Shown one piece after another: positions 8,663-18,152 of a stretch of 64,000 nt of DNA. The notes under the pieces were generated by a model. The model searched no databases, was not told the origin of the DNA, and worked only from the letters and a program-made list of their open reading frames with translations. Location: IMG/VR virus record IMGVR_UViG_3300027806_000035, positions 1 through 64,000 of that record; one strand, 5' to 3'. Numbering within the stretch: the stretch's first letter is position 1; every line of letters begins with the position of its first letter. The stretch is from a virus. The position numbers were made by a program, and so were the translations under genes.

Positions 8663-9412
8663 CTACCTGCCAAGGAAAACCGACTCAGTTGAAACCTTCC
8701 TAAAGGCTCGCAAAAAAGATCCAACAGAAGATCGGAATGCGTGCCCTTGTGGGTTTCGACCAATTACACGGTATCCACCGTAAATGACAACGTAGATTCC
8801 TACCTCCGGTTTACTCCTAGATCGCCAAACCGATCCGGTTTCAATGCCTGGACTGAACTGTGGCTTTGGTGCAAGACTGACTACATCACTTACAGCCCTG
8901 TGAGCGCGAAGCTTATCACCAAGACCCTCCCAGGCTTCATCATTCAGGTACTTGCAGCAAGCCTCTCGCTCAACCTGTCGTTCACGCTGCTCCAAGGCTG
9001 CCAGTCCATCAAAAGCAAGTTTCTCTGCTTGGTCATAGGTCAGAGTTCCATCGTCCTCTTGGTAGCGATAGGTTCGATCGCCCATGCGAGCGCGCAAGCT
9101 GTAGAGCGCCTCTATTGCCGCGTGATTGGCGGCAAGTCGAGCAATTTCGTAAGCTGCAGCTTCTGGCTTTTCTTTGGTGCCAAACAGTTGCTCGAACCAT
9201 TCGCCAACAAGCTCAAAAAGCTCTTCCCTCAGGAAATGCGGCGTAGCTTCATGACATGAGCCAGACGAAGTAGTCGAAGACTGTCCAGACAAAGGAAAAG
9301 CTTCCTGGGATCTCCCAGATGTCGCGTTCGTGGATTGTTCCGTCATTGTTGAATAGCTGAATTTCAAACCGACCCTGGTTGTGCCAGTAAAGGCGGCCAA
9401 TGCGACCGCCAC
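8663..9412 (-). CDS. Hypothetical protein (start uncertain)
   Basis: EREACCKYL..LRAHR motif resembles the 6796-7164 protein; 5' part overlaps the next ORF. Confidence 0.5.
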   Translation of the reverse strand: MAVALAAFTGTTRVGLKFSYSTMTEQSTNATSGRSQEAFPLSGQSSTTSSGSCHEATPHFLREELFELVGEWFEQLFGTKEKPEAAAYEIARLAANHAAIEALYSLRARMGDRTYRYQEDDGTLTYDQAEKLAFDGLAALEQRERQVEREACCKYLNDEAWEGLGDKLRAHRAVSDVVSLAPKPQFSPGIETGSVWRSRSKPEVGIYVVIYGGYRVIGRNPQGHAFRSSVGSFLRAFRKVSTESVFLGR

Positions 9413-9506
9413 TACTTGTCACATGGATGAAGTTGTTGTCTTCCGGCTCATAGAGAGCATTCGGATCATCAAGCGAGAGATTTTCAAGTGGATCTTTCCA
9501 CATCAC
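9249..9506 (-). CDS. Hypothetical protein
   Basis: GTGA overlap with upstream ORF. Confidence 0.45.
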   Translation of the reverse strand: MMWKDPLENLSLDDPNALYEPEDNNFIHVTSSGGRIGRLYWHNQGRFEIQLFNNDGTIHERDIWEIPGSFSFVWTVFDYFVWLMS

Positions 9507-9871
9507 TTCAGCTTTTCAACTTGAGGTTGAAGCATCATCAGCAGCTTTTCATTGTTCAAGGCGACCGATGCAAGGGAAAGCCCAGAGAGAAGGGTCAGTG
9601 CGATAGCAGCCCATAGACCGAGTGACGGATCTGCTTGGCTGCGATTTCTTGCAGCAATAGACTGCCACCGAACATCACGCTGATACTGCTGTCCCCTATC
9701 CCAGCGATCATGCCTGCCCAGGTGATGCTCCTTTCTCGCGCTCAAGATCTGGCGTGATGTCAGAAACCCCAGTGATGATGGTATTTGGGTGCCTGAACGT
9801 GAAGGATTCGACTGACCGCTCTTCTGTCCATCCGGTAGGGGATACCCACTCGGTTTCGTGTTTGATCGCAT
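9503..9871 (-). CDS. Hypothetical protein with C-terminal TM helix (5' half competes with ORF 9708-9914)
   Basis: CAACCAAC-GAGGG leader; LGLWAAIALTLLSGLSLASVAL. Confidence 0.4.
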   Translation of the reverse strand: MRSNTKPSGYPLPDGQKSGQSNPSRSGTQIPSSLGFLTSRQILSARKEHHLGRHDRWDRGQQYQRDVRWQSIAARNRSQADPSLGLWAAIALTLLSGLSLASVALNNEKLLMMLQPQVEKLK

Positions 9872-9930
9872 GGCCCTCGTTGGTTGTTGTGTAAGAAATC
9901 AGTAGAACTGGCATCTTGTTAGGTCGGCGA

Positions 9931-10365
9931 CTATCCGACTATAGATGGATTGCGCTCAGCTGCCGTCAGCGCCTCCGCTCCGTCTGGATACTGATTGACG
10001 GAATCTTGTTGAGCTGGCCTTGGAAACTTGGCGATGAAGCCAACGTCATCTGGAATGTAACGAGCGCCGAAGTACCCAGCCACATGATTCCAAAAGCTCT
10101 TGCTGGTTTCTTCGTAGCGAACGAACTCTTGACCTGGATACGCCGGCTTGACTTCGTATGGGCCGTCGATGTCGCAATCAATGTCAGGCTCGGCAATCCA
10201 CAGGGCAACCGCGAAACCATCTTTGATAACTGCCACGGCAGTAACGGCTTCGTCAAAGCAGCTGCGAACTTGACGAATGAATTCAGCCAGTGAACTGACT
10301 TCTTCTTTTGTGTTGATCGACTGGTAGGGGCCGTAGGGCTTGTGGGAAAGGATTTCAATAGTCAT
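9931..10365 (-). CDS. Hypothetical protein
   Basis: GAGG SD, ATG start, tiles operon. Confidence 0.6.
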   Translation of the reverse strand: MTIEILSHKPYGPYQSINTKEEVSSLAEFIRQVRSCFDEAVTAVAVIKDGFAVALWIAEPDIDCDIDGPYEVKPAYPGQEFVRYEETSKSFWNHVAGYFGARYIPDDVGFIAKFPRPAQQDSVNQYPDGAEALTAAERNPSIVG

Positions 10366-10374
10366 CGCAATTCC

Positions 10375-10560
10375 TCAGGTGGCGGATTGGACAGACTGCT
10401 CTTTGCTGGCGTACTTCTGCACAATGTCAGGAAAGGCGGAACACAGGCGCCGGTAGTTGCCGGGATCGGCGGCAACCATTGCGTCGGCGAGCCTGGAGAC
10501 AAAGTTGCCGCCATAGCGACGCATGTTGTCAACCAGGGGGAATTTTGCGGGGGCTTGCAT
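10375..10560 (-). CDS. Small phage protein
   Basis: MRRYGGNFVSRLADA..ADP.N..RL..AFPDI..Y. Confidence 0.65.
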   Translation of the reverse strand: MQAPAKFPLVDNMRRYGGNFVSRLADAMVAADPGNYRRLCSAFPDIVQKYASKEQSVQSAT

Positions 10561-10631
10561 TTGTAGAATCGTTGGTTGGTGGGGCTGCTGGGTTGCAGCT
10601 GATGGAATCTTACAGGTAGGCGGCCATGCCG

Positions 10632-11135
10632 TCAATACTCGACCCATTCAACGACGGGGCGGGTCTTGCAAACTGCCAGCTCGGCCAGTTCCATGTAGGG
10701 GATCGGGACGACGGTTCCATTCTTCGCATCCGTCTTTGTGACAAGAAAGCAGTGCTTGTCGCGATAGGGGTCGTGGAAGCGCCTCCAGGGCGTGCTGCCC
10801 TGAAACTTGCTGGCTTCACCCATCCACCGGGCCACCAGCACCTGAACCGGGGCCAGGCTGGCAAGGCACCCGGAGGTCCACTTGGGACGGTCCGAGAGGC
10901 GGCAGTAGGCCGGGCTGAGGTAGCTGCCCATCTGGGTGACGATCCAGTAGGCCGTGTGGCCCACGGGGAGGGTGCGGAGCTTGTCGCGGTCGTGAATCGC
11001 CACGTCGGTCCAGTTGTGCTGGATGATCGGCTCCGCGATCAGCATCATCTGCTCATGGAGGGTCCGAGCAACGGGCTGCTGCCGCTCCATCGAGTGATGG
11101 CTGATGAGGTTTGTGACGGCTGGTTGGGATGCCAT
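10632..11135 (-). CDS. Hypothetical protein
   Basis: Downstream of a TAGGAT -10-like box. Confidence 0.55.
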   Translation of the reverse strand: MASQPAVTNLISHHSMERQQPVARTLHEQMMLIAEPIIQHNWTDVAIHDRDKLRTLPVGHTAYWIVTQMGSYLSPAYCRLSDRPKWTSGCLASLAPVQVLVARWMGEASKFQGSTPWRRFHDPYRDKHCFLVTKTDAKNGTVVPIPYMELAELAVCKTRPVVEWVEY

Positions 11136-11218
11136 GGCGTTCTGCGGGAACTTGCAGATCCTACCGCGCAGCCGACCTGCAAGCCGGTGTCAGGCGATAC
11201 CGTTGCAAATCGTCATCC

Positions 11219-11758
11219 CTACAGCTCCGGGATCGGCGGAAGATCAAGACAGGGGTACATTCGCTTGTCAGATAAACGATTCCAGTTAGTTAGCACGTTG
11301 CCAAGTGGCTCAAATGGCTCAGTCATAATGTGCCCCATTTTCGAGTAAGGGCAGATCCAGTCAGCTACGCGATTGTCAACAAAGATACGTGGATACTCAT
11401 GTTTAGTGCCGATCCAGATACAGCCAATATCAGTTGGTCGATGTCTTTGCAAGCAGCGAATGAAGGGATAGAACGCTCCCTCCAGTGCAAACTTTGGCGT
11501 GGTGAACATTCCACCCCAGCCAAGCTCGTCAATCTTCTTCAGGTTTTCAGTAAAGTATTCACCGTACAGAAACTCAAGCTTACAGAACCGTTGAGCAACC
11601 GAGTCGGATTCATAACAGTTCTTGAATTTAACAGTTAAAGATCTGTCAGGGCATAGAGCCTTTCTGCACAGGGCAATTCTGTTGATAGTTTGTGAAGAGG
11701 TAAACTGTGGCCATCCTGTTGCGGTGTATCGCTGGTGGTATTGAACTGCTCTTGCCAC
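11219..11758 (-). CDS. Hypothetical protein (start uncertain)
   Basis: Long ORF tiling the operon. Confidence 0.45.
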   Translation of the reverse strand: MARAVQYHQRYTATGWPQFTSSQTINRIALCRKALCPDRSLTVKFKNCYESDSVAQRFCKLEFLYGEYFTENLKKIDELGWGGMFTTPKFALEGAFYPFIRCLQRHRPTDIGCIWIGTKHEYPRIFVDNRVADWICPYSKMGHIMTEPFEPLGNVLTNWNRLSDKRMYPCLDLPPIPEL

Positions 11759-12237
11759 AGCTTCGGCTTCGTGAAAGGATTTAGCTCAGTGTACTCGTCT
11801 ATTTCCCGCTGGCCGTATGTGATGACGATCAACCTGAGTAGATAATGATTTAGCTCTTTCGTGTATCGCTGCGGCGGAAAGCTATCAAGCCATTTAAGTA
11901 TCAATTTTGACTTCGCGGCACAGTTTGCCCAGTATTTTCTTAGCGACACAGCCTGCTCTTGCCTGATAGGCGTCGCAATCATGCCAGATACTGGACAGAC
12001 GAACTCAAGCCTCCCTGGCGCACCGTATCCACGAACAGCGTAAAACTGATACCATTTCCACTTTGCACGTCTTGATGCCTTGTGAATCTGAATAGATAGC
12101 ATCATCCTGATGTTATAGAGCGCTCTGTACTTCCACTGCTGGGTGCCGACGTATGGCTTCGGCTTGGCCGGTTGATCCTTGGGGACGATCAGGATGCGGT
12201 ACGGGAACCTCGTCTTCCCCTTGAATGTTCGCGCCAA
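11635..12237 (-). CDS. Hypothetical basic protein
   Basis: 200-aa ORF divergent from 12274. Confidence 0.5.
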   Translation of the reverse strand: MARTFKGKTRFPYRILIVPKDQPAKPKPYVGTQQWKYRALYNIRMMLSIQIHKASRRAKWKWYQFYAVRGYGAPGRLEFVCPVSGMIATPIRQEQAVSLRKYWANCAAKSKLILKWLDSFPPQRYTKELNHYLLRLIVITYGQREIDEYTELNPFTKPKLWQEQFNTTSDTPQQDGHSLPLHKLSTELPCAERLYALTDL

Positions 12238-12273
12238 CTGACAAAAGGTTGATTGTGATGTAAGATAGCAGGC

Positions 12274-12480
12274 ATGGATCGCGCTTCTTACCGATTTCTA
12301 GTCCTCAGGGGGGATTCACTCCCTGCGGTTGGCTGCCTTGAGGGGTGGATAGGTGGAAATGCGTCCGCACTCCGGCACCTGGAATCCATGTATCCAGACT
12401 GGACTCAAATCACATTGAACAAGGTAAAAGATGTTTCCACTTGCAGACTCGGAACGCGAAGAGATCTCTGCAGCGTTTGA
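12274..12480 (+). CDS. Hypothetical protein
   Basis: Divergent ORF following TAAGAT. Confidence 0.4.
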   Translation: MDRASYRFLVLRGDSLPAVGCLEGWIGGNASALRHLESMYPDWTQITLNKVKDVSTCRLGTRRDLCSV

Positions 12481-12682
12481 CGAAGCTGAACGGAAGCTAG
12501 CAGAAGCGGCCCAGGCAGTTCAGGAACTTAATCAAGTCCTGAAAACCAAGGCCGCTTTTATTGGCAACGCGAGAATTAACAAGATCAGAAACGCCAGCAC
12601 TCCTGTTGGGGCTGGCGTTTTTGAGCTGTCAGTTCAGAGGTGCAAGATGCTCAAGTTTGGGGCTGCAAGAGCGCTGAAGTAG
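12431..12682 (+). CDS. Hypothetical coiled-coil protein
   Basis: Ends exactly head-on with the next minus-strand gene. Confidence 0.5.
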   Translation: MFPLADSEREEISAAFDEAERKLAEAAQAVQELNQVLKTKAAFIGNARINKIRNASTPVGAGVFELSVQRCKMLKFGAARALK

Positions 12683-13120
12683 TCAGACAAGATCAGAGAG
12701 GTCAGGGGGCTGGTAGTTCGGCCCCTTCAGGATCTTGCCATCTTCCCGATAGATGGGCTTTCCGTTTGAGTCGAGCTTGCTCATGTTTGAACGGAAAACG
12801 CGACACATCGCTTCTTCAAGGTCGATTCCCAAGAAAGCTGCCATCTGCTCGCATACAAAAGCAAGATCAGACAGCTCCTTAATAACGCACTCCTTGGCCT
12901 GGCGAACAGCGTTGATGTCGCTATCAGAGGATTCCCCACCCTCCGACAACTTCACCCACAGGTCAAGGGCTTCCTTGAACTCGTTGCCCTCTTCTTGAAT
13001 CAAGCCAAGCTGCATCCTGAGAACCGACAGCGATTCGGGCGGGATGCAAGCTACGCCGGCTTGAATTGTCTTTTGACCAAAAGCGCGCCGAAATTCAATA
13101 GCCTGTTGTGTACGATTCAT
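12683..13120 (-). CDS. All-alpha NTP pyrophosphohydrolase (MazG / PRA-PH / DR2231 dUTPase-like)
   Basis: LIQEE..E; KELSDL..V; V.RSNMSKL..GKPIYREDGKILKGPNY.PPDL. Confidence 0.9.
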   Translation of the reverse strand: MNRTQQAIEFRRAFGQKTIQAGVACIPPESLSVLRMQLGLIQEEGNEFKEALDLWVKLSEGGESSDSDINAVRQAKECVIKELSDLAFVCEQMAAFLGIDLEEAMCRVFRSNMSKLDSNGKPIYREDGKILKGPNYQPPDLSDLV

Positions 13121-13125
13121 GTTCG

Positions 13126-13347
13126 TCAGGCGAATCTTGCAGTAGTGATGCTGTTGCTGATGTGACGCCAGTGGTTGTCGAACGTATCAGCGAAGCGCAC
13201 GCCAGTTCGCCACCACAGACGAATCACCGACCTGCGCTCACTCCTGGGCATCTTGCTCCAGCTTGCTGCAAGATAGGCAGCCTCAGCCCTTTGAAGATCC
13301 GAAAGGCTTGGTCGTGCAGCATTACTGCTTGCATCAGTTTCTGACAT
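13126..13347 (-). CDS. Hypothetical protein
   Basis: Tiles operon. Confidence 0.45.
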   Translation of the reverse strand: MSETDASSNAARPSLSDLQRAEAAYLAASWSKMPRSERRSVIRLWWRTGVRFADTFDNHWRHISNSITTARFA

Positions 13348-13355
13348 TTTCAGGT

Positions 13356-13386
13356 AAAAAAATGGCCCCGGTTTCCCGAGGCCGTT
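13356..13386 (-). terminator. Rho-independent terminator
   Basis: GGCCTCGG-GAAA-CCGGGGCC followed by a T7 run. Confidence 0.8.
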
Positions 13387-13403
13387 GACTCAGTGGAAGT
13401 GGA

Positions 13404-13976
13404 TCAGAGATCCAGATCGCTCTCGCCATCCAGGTCGTCGCTCAGGTCGGCTTCAACCTGATCAGAGGCTTCCTTGACGCCAGCGGTGATCACGATCTGA
13501 CCGGGCGATGCTTCGATCTTGACGTAGGAATCAACGTCCTCGCCGAAGGGGAAGCCGGCGATCGTGGTGTGACGGCCGCCAACCACAATGTTGCCGGTCT
13601 TGCCGATCTTCACAACCGGGCTGCGGTTGGTGCGGCGATACGGACGCGAGGGGGGAGCCAGCTTGATGCCGGTCTGAGCTTCAAGCGAAGCCTTCAGGAA
13701 TTCGTTGAGGTCCGCCTGGGTAACACGGACTTCGACATCACCAGTGGCATTGTCGGTGATTTCGGTGTAGAAGCCGCAGGCCTTGGCGACAGCATCAATC
13801 TGGCTGCCTTCCATCTCGGCCATCTTCTGCTTGATTTCAGCAGACGACAGCGGAGTGCCCTTGGTACGGGTGGTGGCCTTCTGGTTTTCGGCGGGAGCTT
13901 CGGACATTTGTTGGGTAGTGGAACTATCGGTGGTGGTTTCAGCCGACTCGGCGGCGGCTGCTTTTCGGCGGGGCAA
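13404..13976 (-). CDS. Cyanobacterial AbrB-like (cyAbrB) transcription regulator
   Basis: PL...IK.K..VAKACGFY..FLKA.LEA.GI.L..GNIVVG..T pattern of cyAbrB. Confidence 0.7.
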   Translation of the reverse strand: MPRRKAAAAESAETTTDSSTTQQMSEAPAENQKATTRTKGTPLSSAEIKQKMAEMEGSQIDAVAKACGFYTEITDNATGDVEVRVTQADLNEFLKASLEAQTGIKLAPPSRPYRRTNRSPVVKIGKTGNIVVGGRHTTIAGFPFGEDVDSYVKIEASPGQIVITAGVKEASDQVEADLSDDLDGESDLDL

Positions 13977-14041
13977 CGTGAAAAGCCGTTGACGACCAAG
14001 AAATCATACCTTGCAGGAGCGGAACGCGCAAGCCCAGGCGC

Positions 14042-14485
14042 TCACCTTTTTTGAGGAGGCCACCACGGCAGCAGATACAGGTACGTCCGCTGCTGGTCTG
14101 TTGGAGCCGGCTGCCACCATGTCACAGCTCCCGGCAGGCGTGAACAACGGTCGTCCACCAGAACGCCAGCCTTGACAGCTGCATCGAGCACGGCACCTGA
14201 CAAATTGTCAACATCGCTGCGCCCGTGGCCATGAAACTCGATGCCGACCAGGGCATGATCCAGCGGCTCGCGCCCCTGCCATTGCTGCTGGAGGCTGGCC
14301 TGGGAGGCCGCCAGCCAGGCCCTGTACTTCGGTGAGGTGAACGATCGGCCCTGCCCCTGCCGTGGCCGCTCCTTGGGCTGCAGGGGGCCATCCAGAGAGA
14401 GGGTGAGCCAGTCAGGCCCATTCGGGCCGGGCTGCAGCATCATCATCATCAGCGCCTGAATCCCCTGCCCTGGCGGCACGCGCAT
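14042..14485 (-). CDS. rusA: RusA-family Holliday junction resolvase
   Basis: PKERPR; DVDNLSGAVLDA; GVLVDD. Confidence 0.85.
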   Translation of the reverse strand: MRVPPGQGIQALMMMMLQPGPNGPDWLTLSLDGPLQPKERPRQGQGRSFTSPKYRAWLAASQASLQQQWQGREPLDHALVGIEFHGHGRSDVDNLSGAVLDAAVKAGVLVDDRCSRLPGAVTWWQPAPTDQQRTYLYLLPWWPPQKR

Positions 14486-15170
14486 TGGCGCAATGACTCA
14501 AAAGGTTCAACGCAAGAATCCTAGACTTAGCCGGACCGAAACGCTCAAACAAGATCTTGCCAGCTTCCTCAAGCTGCAAGTTAGTCGGATTCTTGAATAG
14601 CTTGATCGGCTTGAGAGCTTGCTTCTTTTCCGCATAACCCTCAGCGTAATAGCATTCCTGTATGTTTTTATACTTTCTTCCTGGGCCTACATCAGCAAGC
14701 AGTGACGGCTGCATCTGGTATAGATACTTAATAGTGCGATAGTCAATAATCTTATCGTACTTTCTTTTTCTTCTATCTTTCGCAACAGATGCAATCAAGC
14801 GCCTGAACTCAAAAAACTCTGGCGGAAAGTCGAATGACTTGTCTTCTTTCCTGAGCCAATCAATAAACTTATAGGCATACTTATTTTTTGATCTTTCTTT
14901 CAGTGCTGACTTTGTTACAGCAATGATAAATTGATTTAGATTCTTGACGCCAAGACCGTAGTAAACACTATGGATAAAGTCTTTAATGCCCTTAAGCTTG
15001 ATTTCCTTGTTGCGAAGCGTTGTGTATCCATGATGAACATTGGCTTCAACGATTCGCAGCATTGCCGCAAAAAAAGGCTCCGAATCTTGACCGGCCATAA
15101 CCGTGCCAAGGTGGAGCCTTGCATCTTCTACAAGCAGAGCACCGTAATACGGATCATTTCTGCTCAGCAT
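14412..15170 (-). CDS. Hypothetical basic, AT-rich protein
   Basis: 252-aa ORF tiling the operon. Confidence 0.55.
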   Translation of the reverse strand: MLSRNDPYYGALLVEDARLHLGTVMAGQDSEPFFAAMLRIVEANVHHGYTTLRNKEIKLKGIKDFIHSVYYGLGVKNLNQFIIAVTKSALKERSKNKYAYKFIDWLRKEDKSFDFPPEFFEFRRLIASVAKDRRKRKYDKIIDYRTIKYLYQMQPSLLADVGPGRKYKNIQECYYAEGYAEKKQALKPIKLFKNPTNLQLEEAGKILFERFGPAKSRILALNLLSHCANARAARAGDSGADDDDAAARPEWA

Positions 15171-15204
15171 GTCTCGCTACCGATTCAACAGCAGCTTACA
15201 TGGA

Positions 15205-15600
15205 TCAGAAGGGAATCTCTTCCTCTTCGGGTTCGGGGCGGCTTCCCTTGCTGCCAGACGGAGCGGAACCTTTCGGCTTGTCGCCACCAATGAAGGTGAA
15301 TTGCGAACAGTTAAGAGTCATGGAAGAATTTTTCTTGCCATCCTTCTCCCATTCATCAAGGCCAAGCTCTCCTTGAACAAGGATTGCACTGCCCTTCTTG
15401 ACGTGATCTCCGATGGTTTGAGCACGCTTGCCCCACACTTCAACGCGAAGCCACAGAGGAGCAGGCTTCGGGCCGTTCTTTTTGCCATAGCGATCAACAG
15501 CAAGGCTGAATTTCGCCACTGCTGATCCGCCATCAAGGAAGCGCAGTTCAGGGTCGTTTCCGACGCGACCACTGAAAGTACAGGAATTAAAAGAAGCCAT
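15205..15600 (-). CDS. ssb: Single-stranded DNA-binding protein
   Basis: N..GRVGNDPELR..KFSLAV..WGK.A..KG..V.G.L; acidic EEEIPF tail. Confidence 0.95.
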   Translation of the reverse strand: MASFNSCTFSGRVGNDPELRFLDGGSAVAKFSLAVDRYGKKNGPKPAPLWLRVEVWGKRAQTIGDHVKKGSAILVQGELGLDEWEKDGKKNSSMTLNCSQFTFIGGDKPKGSAPSGSKGSRPEPEEEEIPF

Positions 15601-15618
15601 GCGGTAGGGGCTGGTTGG

Positions 15619-16020
15619 TCAAAGTGACAATTCATTATCGTCGGCCATGGGGCCTTTGTCAATAGGCTCCTCCAAGCTGTAAGCCTTCGACAGATCAACG
15701 TTGAAGCTGGGTGCAGCTCCAAGCTTTGGCGGAAGCGTAAAGAAAGCGTCCCGCAGGTAGATGTGACAGCACTTGATTCCGTCCTTTCTGGTTCTTGGCA
15801 TGATGCGGCTGATGGAGCCGCTCATTGTCATGTACTCGTTTGCGCGAACGAATTCAAGGATTATGCTGATCTTTCGGCCGTAGAAACGCCCCTGAGCGTA
15901 GTGAACTTCGCGATTGCCAAGAGAAACCTTCAAGACAATATCAACATATCTGCCATATTCGCCGTCTTTTCCCTCTGGGTCTTCAACGACGTAGCCATCA
16001 AAAGTCGCTGTTACTGGCAT
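15619..16020 (-). CDS. Second, divergent SSB-like OB-fold protein
   Basis: T.DGYV..DPE..G; FYG.K; M.GSI; acidic DDNELSL tail. Confidence 0.55.
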   Translation of the reverse strand: MPVTATFDGYVVEDPEGKDGEYGRYVDIVLKVSLGNREVHYAQGRFYGRKISIILEFVRANEYMTMSGSISRIMPRTRKDGIKCCHIYLRDAFFTLPPKLGAAPSFNVDLSKAYSLEEPIDKGPMADDNELSL

Positions 16021-16792
16021 CTTGTAGTGGTTGAATGAGTTTGCGCGGGAATGAAGAGTCTTCAAGTTCTTGGTAGATCTTGAAGCGCTCAATGAATTCG
16101 TCGGCAAATTGACGAATTTTCTCAATCGGCTCAATGAAAAGCGTTGGCTCGCACCAGTCGTAGCAAGAACAGATGACGATCTGCTCGATTGGCGGATAAT
16201 TGCCGGTTTCCTTTGCGGCAATGTTATGAGCAAGAGCGTAAGCGCTCATTTGAATGAAGCCTTCGTGATAGCGGCTCCTGGGCTTGCGCTTTTTTTCAAC
16301 GCCTTCCTCAAGATGCGATCTTGAAGTTTTCCAGTCCCATACGGTGTATTTCTGGTTCCACCAAAGCCTGAGGTCAGGCTTGCCAGCAAAACCATAAGGA
16401 CAGAACAGCTCCTCCTCAATGATCAGGTTTGATTCAGCGAGCCCTGGCCAAAGTGGACAGTTGCCGTCGTTTGACTCCTTGATCTCCTTGAGCAAGGGTT
16501 CAAGGTAGTGCATGTAAGCGCCGATATTGTGATGCGTCAGCTCTTCCATGGAAGGTGACTCGTCACTGTGCCTTACGTGCTCACCCGTCAGATACCCTTC
16601 TGCCATGTAGTGGATGATGGTTCCACGACGGCAGGCTTTCTCAAGAATCTCTTGGTGGTTGGGCTCTCTTTCCTGCCAGATTGCAAGTCCTTTTGCCTTG
16701 GCAGGATGGAAGATGGGCATTGTTTTGCCAAGGATCGTGGAAATCCTTGCATACTCAAGCCCATCCCTTTCGTAAAACTCGTGATCAGACAT
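15998..16792 (-). CDS. PD-(D/E)XK exonuclease (recombination)
   Basis: RISTILG; RGTIIH; E..L..FAGKPDL..DWKTS; Q.SAY. Confidence 0.85.
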   Translation of the reverse strand: MSDHEFYERDGLEYARISTILGKTMPIFHPAKAKGLAIWQEREPNHQEILEKACRRGTIIHYMAEGYLTGEHVRHSDESPSMEELTHHNIGAYMHYLEPLLKEIKESNDGNCPLWPGLAESNLIIEEELFCPYGFAGKPDLRLWWNQKYTVWDWKTSRSHLEEGVEKKRKPRSRYHEGFIQMSAYALAHNIAAKETGNYPPIEQIVICSCYDWCEPTLFIEPIEKIRQFADEFIERFKIYQELEDSSFPRKLIQPLQDASNSDF

Positions 16793-17558
16793 TGAGCGCG
16801 TCCTTCGCAGCCGACTGGAGATCAGAAATAGAAGGAGCTTGAACGTCCTCGCCTACCTCAATGATCTGTTCACCCTTGCTGTTTTGGCCGGCATTGAGCT
16901 TCGCAGCGTATTCAGGCGTGAGATTGGCAATAAGTTTCGACCTGATCCCAGGCTTGACATCTTCCCACTTCCTGATCCCAAGGATTGCCCTCAGGGCAAG
17001 AGCACCAGTCCTGTTGATGCCAGCAGACTCAAGCTTGTCGGTAAGCGTGGAAACAAACTCAGCGTTGACGCGATCAATGTCAGAGACTTGAACGGCGTTG
17101 GGTGGCGCATCCTCAACAGAGCGCTGATCCTTGTCGTACAGGGCAAGGCCGAACGGATTGCCGAATGTCATGGCAGCACGTTTCAGTGCATCGGTTGCCG
17201 CCTCCTTGATTGCAGATTCATGGGCCAGGCCAAGATCGGCGTCAATGCCGTGACCAGCGCCGACGCCTTCGCGGCTAACGCCAAGAACAGTCAGCTTGAT
17301 GCGGGCGATGTAGGAAACACCCCAGCCATCGCGTTGATCGCGACCAATCTTGCGAGCCTTTTCGCTGACGGCGCGAATCTCAACAAGATCCTGATGCCAA
17401 GCATCAAAGCCGAAGATACGATTGAGTTCGCGGATAACCCACCAACCTTCAATGTACGAAAGGTTGCGACCGCTCTGCTGACGCTGCTTGACGACCTGTG
17501 ACGACAGTGCTCCTTTTAGCTCGTCGTTCTGGGCGTCCGTAAAAATTGCCGATTTCAT
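16785..17558 (-). CDS. Rad52/Rad22-family (Sak-like) single-strand annealing protein
   Basis: LSYIEGWWVI.E.NRIFGFD.W; REGVG.G; E.A.KEA.TDALKRA..FGN.FGL.LYD. Confidence 0.92.
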   Translation of the reverse strand: MKSAIFTDAQNDELKGALSSQVVKQRQQSGRNLSYIEGWWVIRELNRIFGFDAWHQDLVEIRAVSEKARKIGRDQRDGWGVSYIARIKLTVLGVSREGVGAGHGIDADLGLAHESAIKEAATDALKRAAMTFGNPFGLALYDKDQRSVEDAPPNAVQVSDIDRVNAEFVSTLTDKLESAGINRTGALALRAILGIRKWEDVKPGIRSKLIANLTPEYAAKLNAGQNSKGEQIIEVGEDVQAPSISDLQSAAKDALNV

Positions 17559-17597
17559 TGGCTTGATGGCTGGGGCTTACACCTCCGTCATACTACC

Positions 17598-17930
17598 ATG
17601 TCCAGCAGCCGAAAAGCAACAGTGTCAACAGCTGGCGGAAGCAATCTAAATCGGATACTCAGGACAACGGCAAATCTGCTGTTTGAGCGGGGCGAGGATC
17701 CTGCAAGCGTCATGAATCTGCTGCAGGGCTTCGTCGCTCCGGCCATGATTCGCAAGTGGCATCAGCGGTATCAGGAGACACACGGCCTGACTGGCGCAGA
17801 TACAAGCAAGAGGGCTGTCAGGAGAATGCCAATGCCTCCGATCGACTTCAATGCCATTGAGCTGAAATCGCTTGAGCAACTGCTGGAACCGGAAATCATT
17901 GAGGAGGACGAGGAGGAGCCGAACTGGTAG
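17598..17930 (+). CDS. Hypothetical protein (possible HTH)
   Basis: Divergent from the annealase; acidic tail. Confidence 0.55.
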   Translation: MSSSRKATVSTAGGSNLNRILRTTANLLFERGEDPASVMNLLQGFVAPAMIRKWHQRYQETHGLTGADTSKRAVRRMPMPPIDFNAIELKSLEQLLEPEIIEEDEEEPNW

Positions 17931-17945
17931 CAGCAGGCACCGCAG

Positions 17946-18152
17946 CTAGCGTGGATGGGCCAGGGCGGGATGGCCACAAGCCAGTCGGCGCCTACATTCT
18001 TCGGTTGATTCGACGTGGAAAATTCTGTGAAGATTCCAGAGCAGGTTTGTGCAGTTCTTGCAGACATCGCCAAGATTCGCCGAACGGTTCTTGAAAATGC
18101 TCCGCAGTGTCTTCCACTTTTGGCGCCGATGATTGTTGACGCGGAAGACCAT
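17946..18152 (-). CDS. Hypothetical protein
   Basis: Abuts the upstream stop. Confidence 0.4.
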   Translation of the reverse strand: MVFRVNNHRRQKWKTLRSIFKNRSANLGDVCKNCTNLLWNLHRIFHVESTEECRRRLACGHPALAHPR

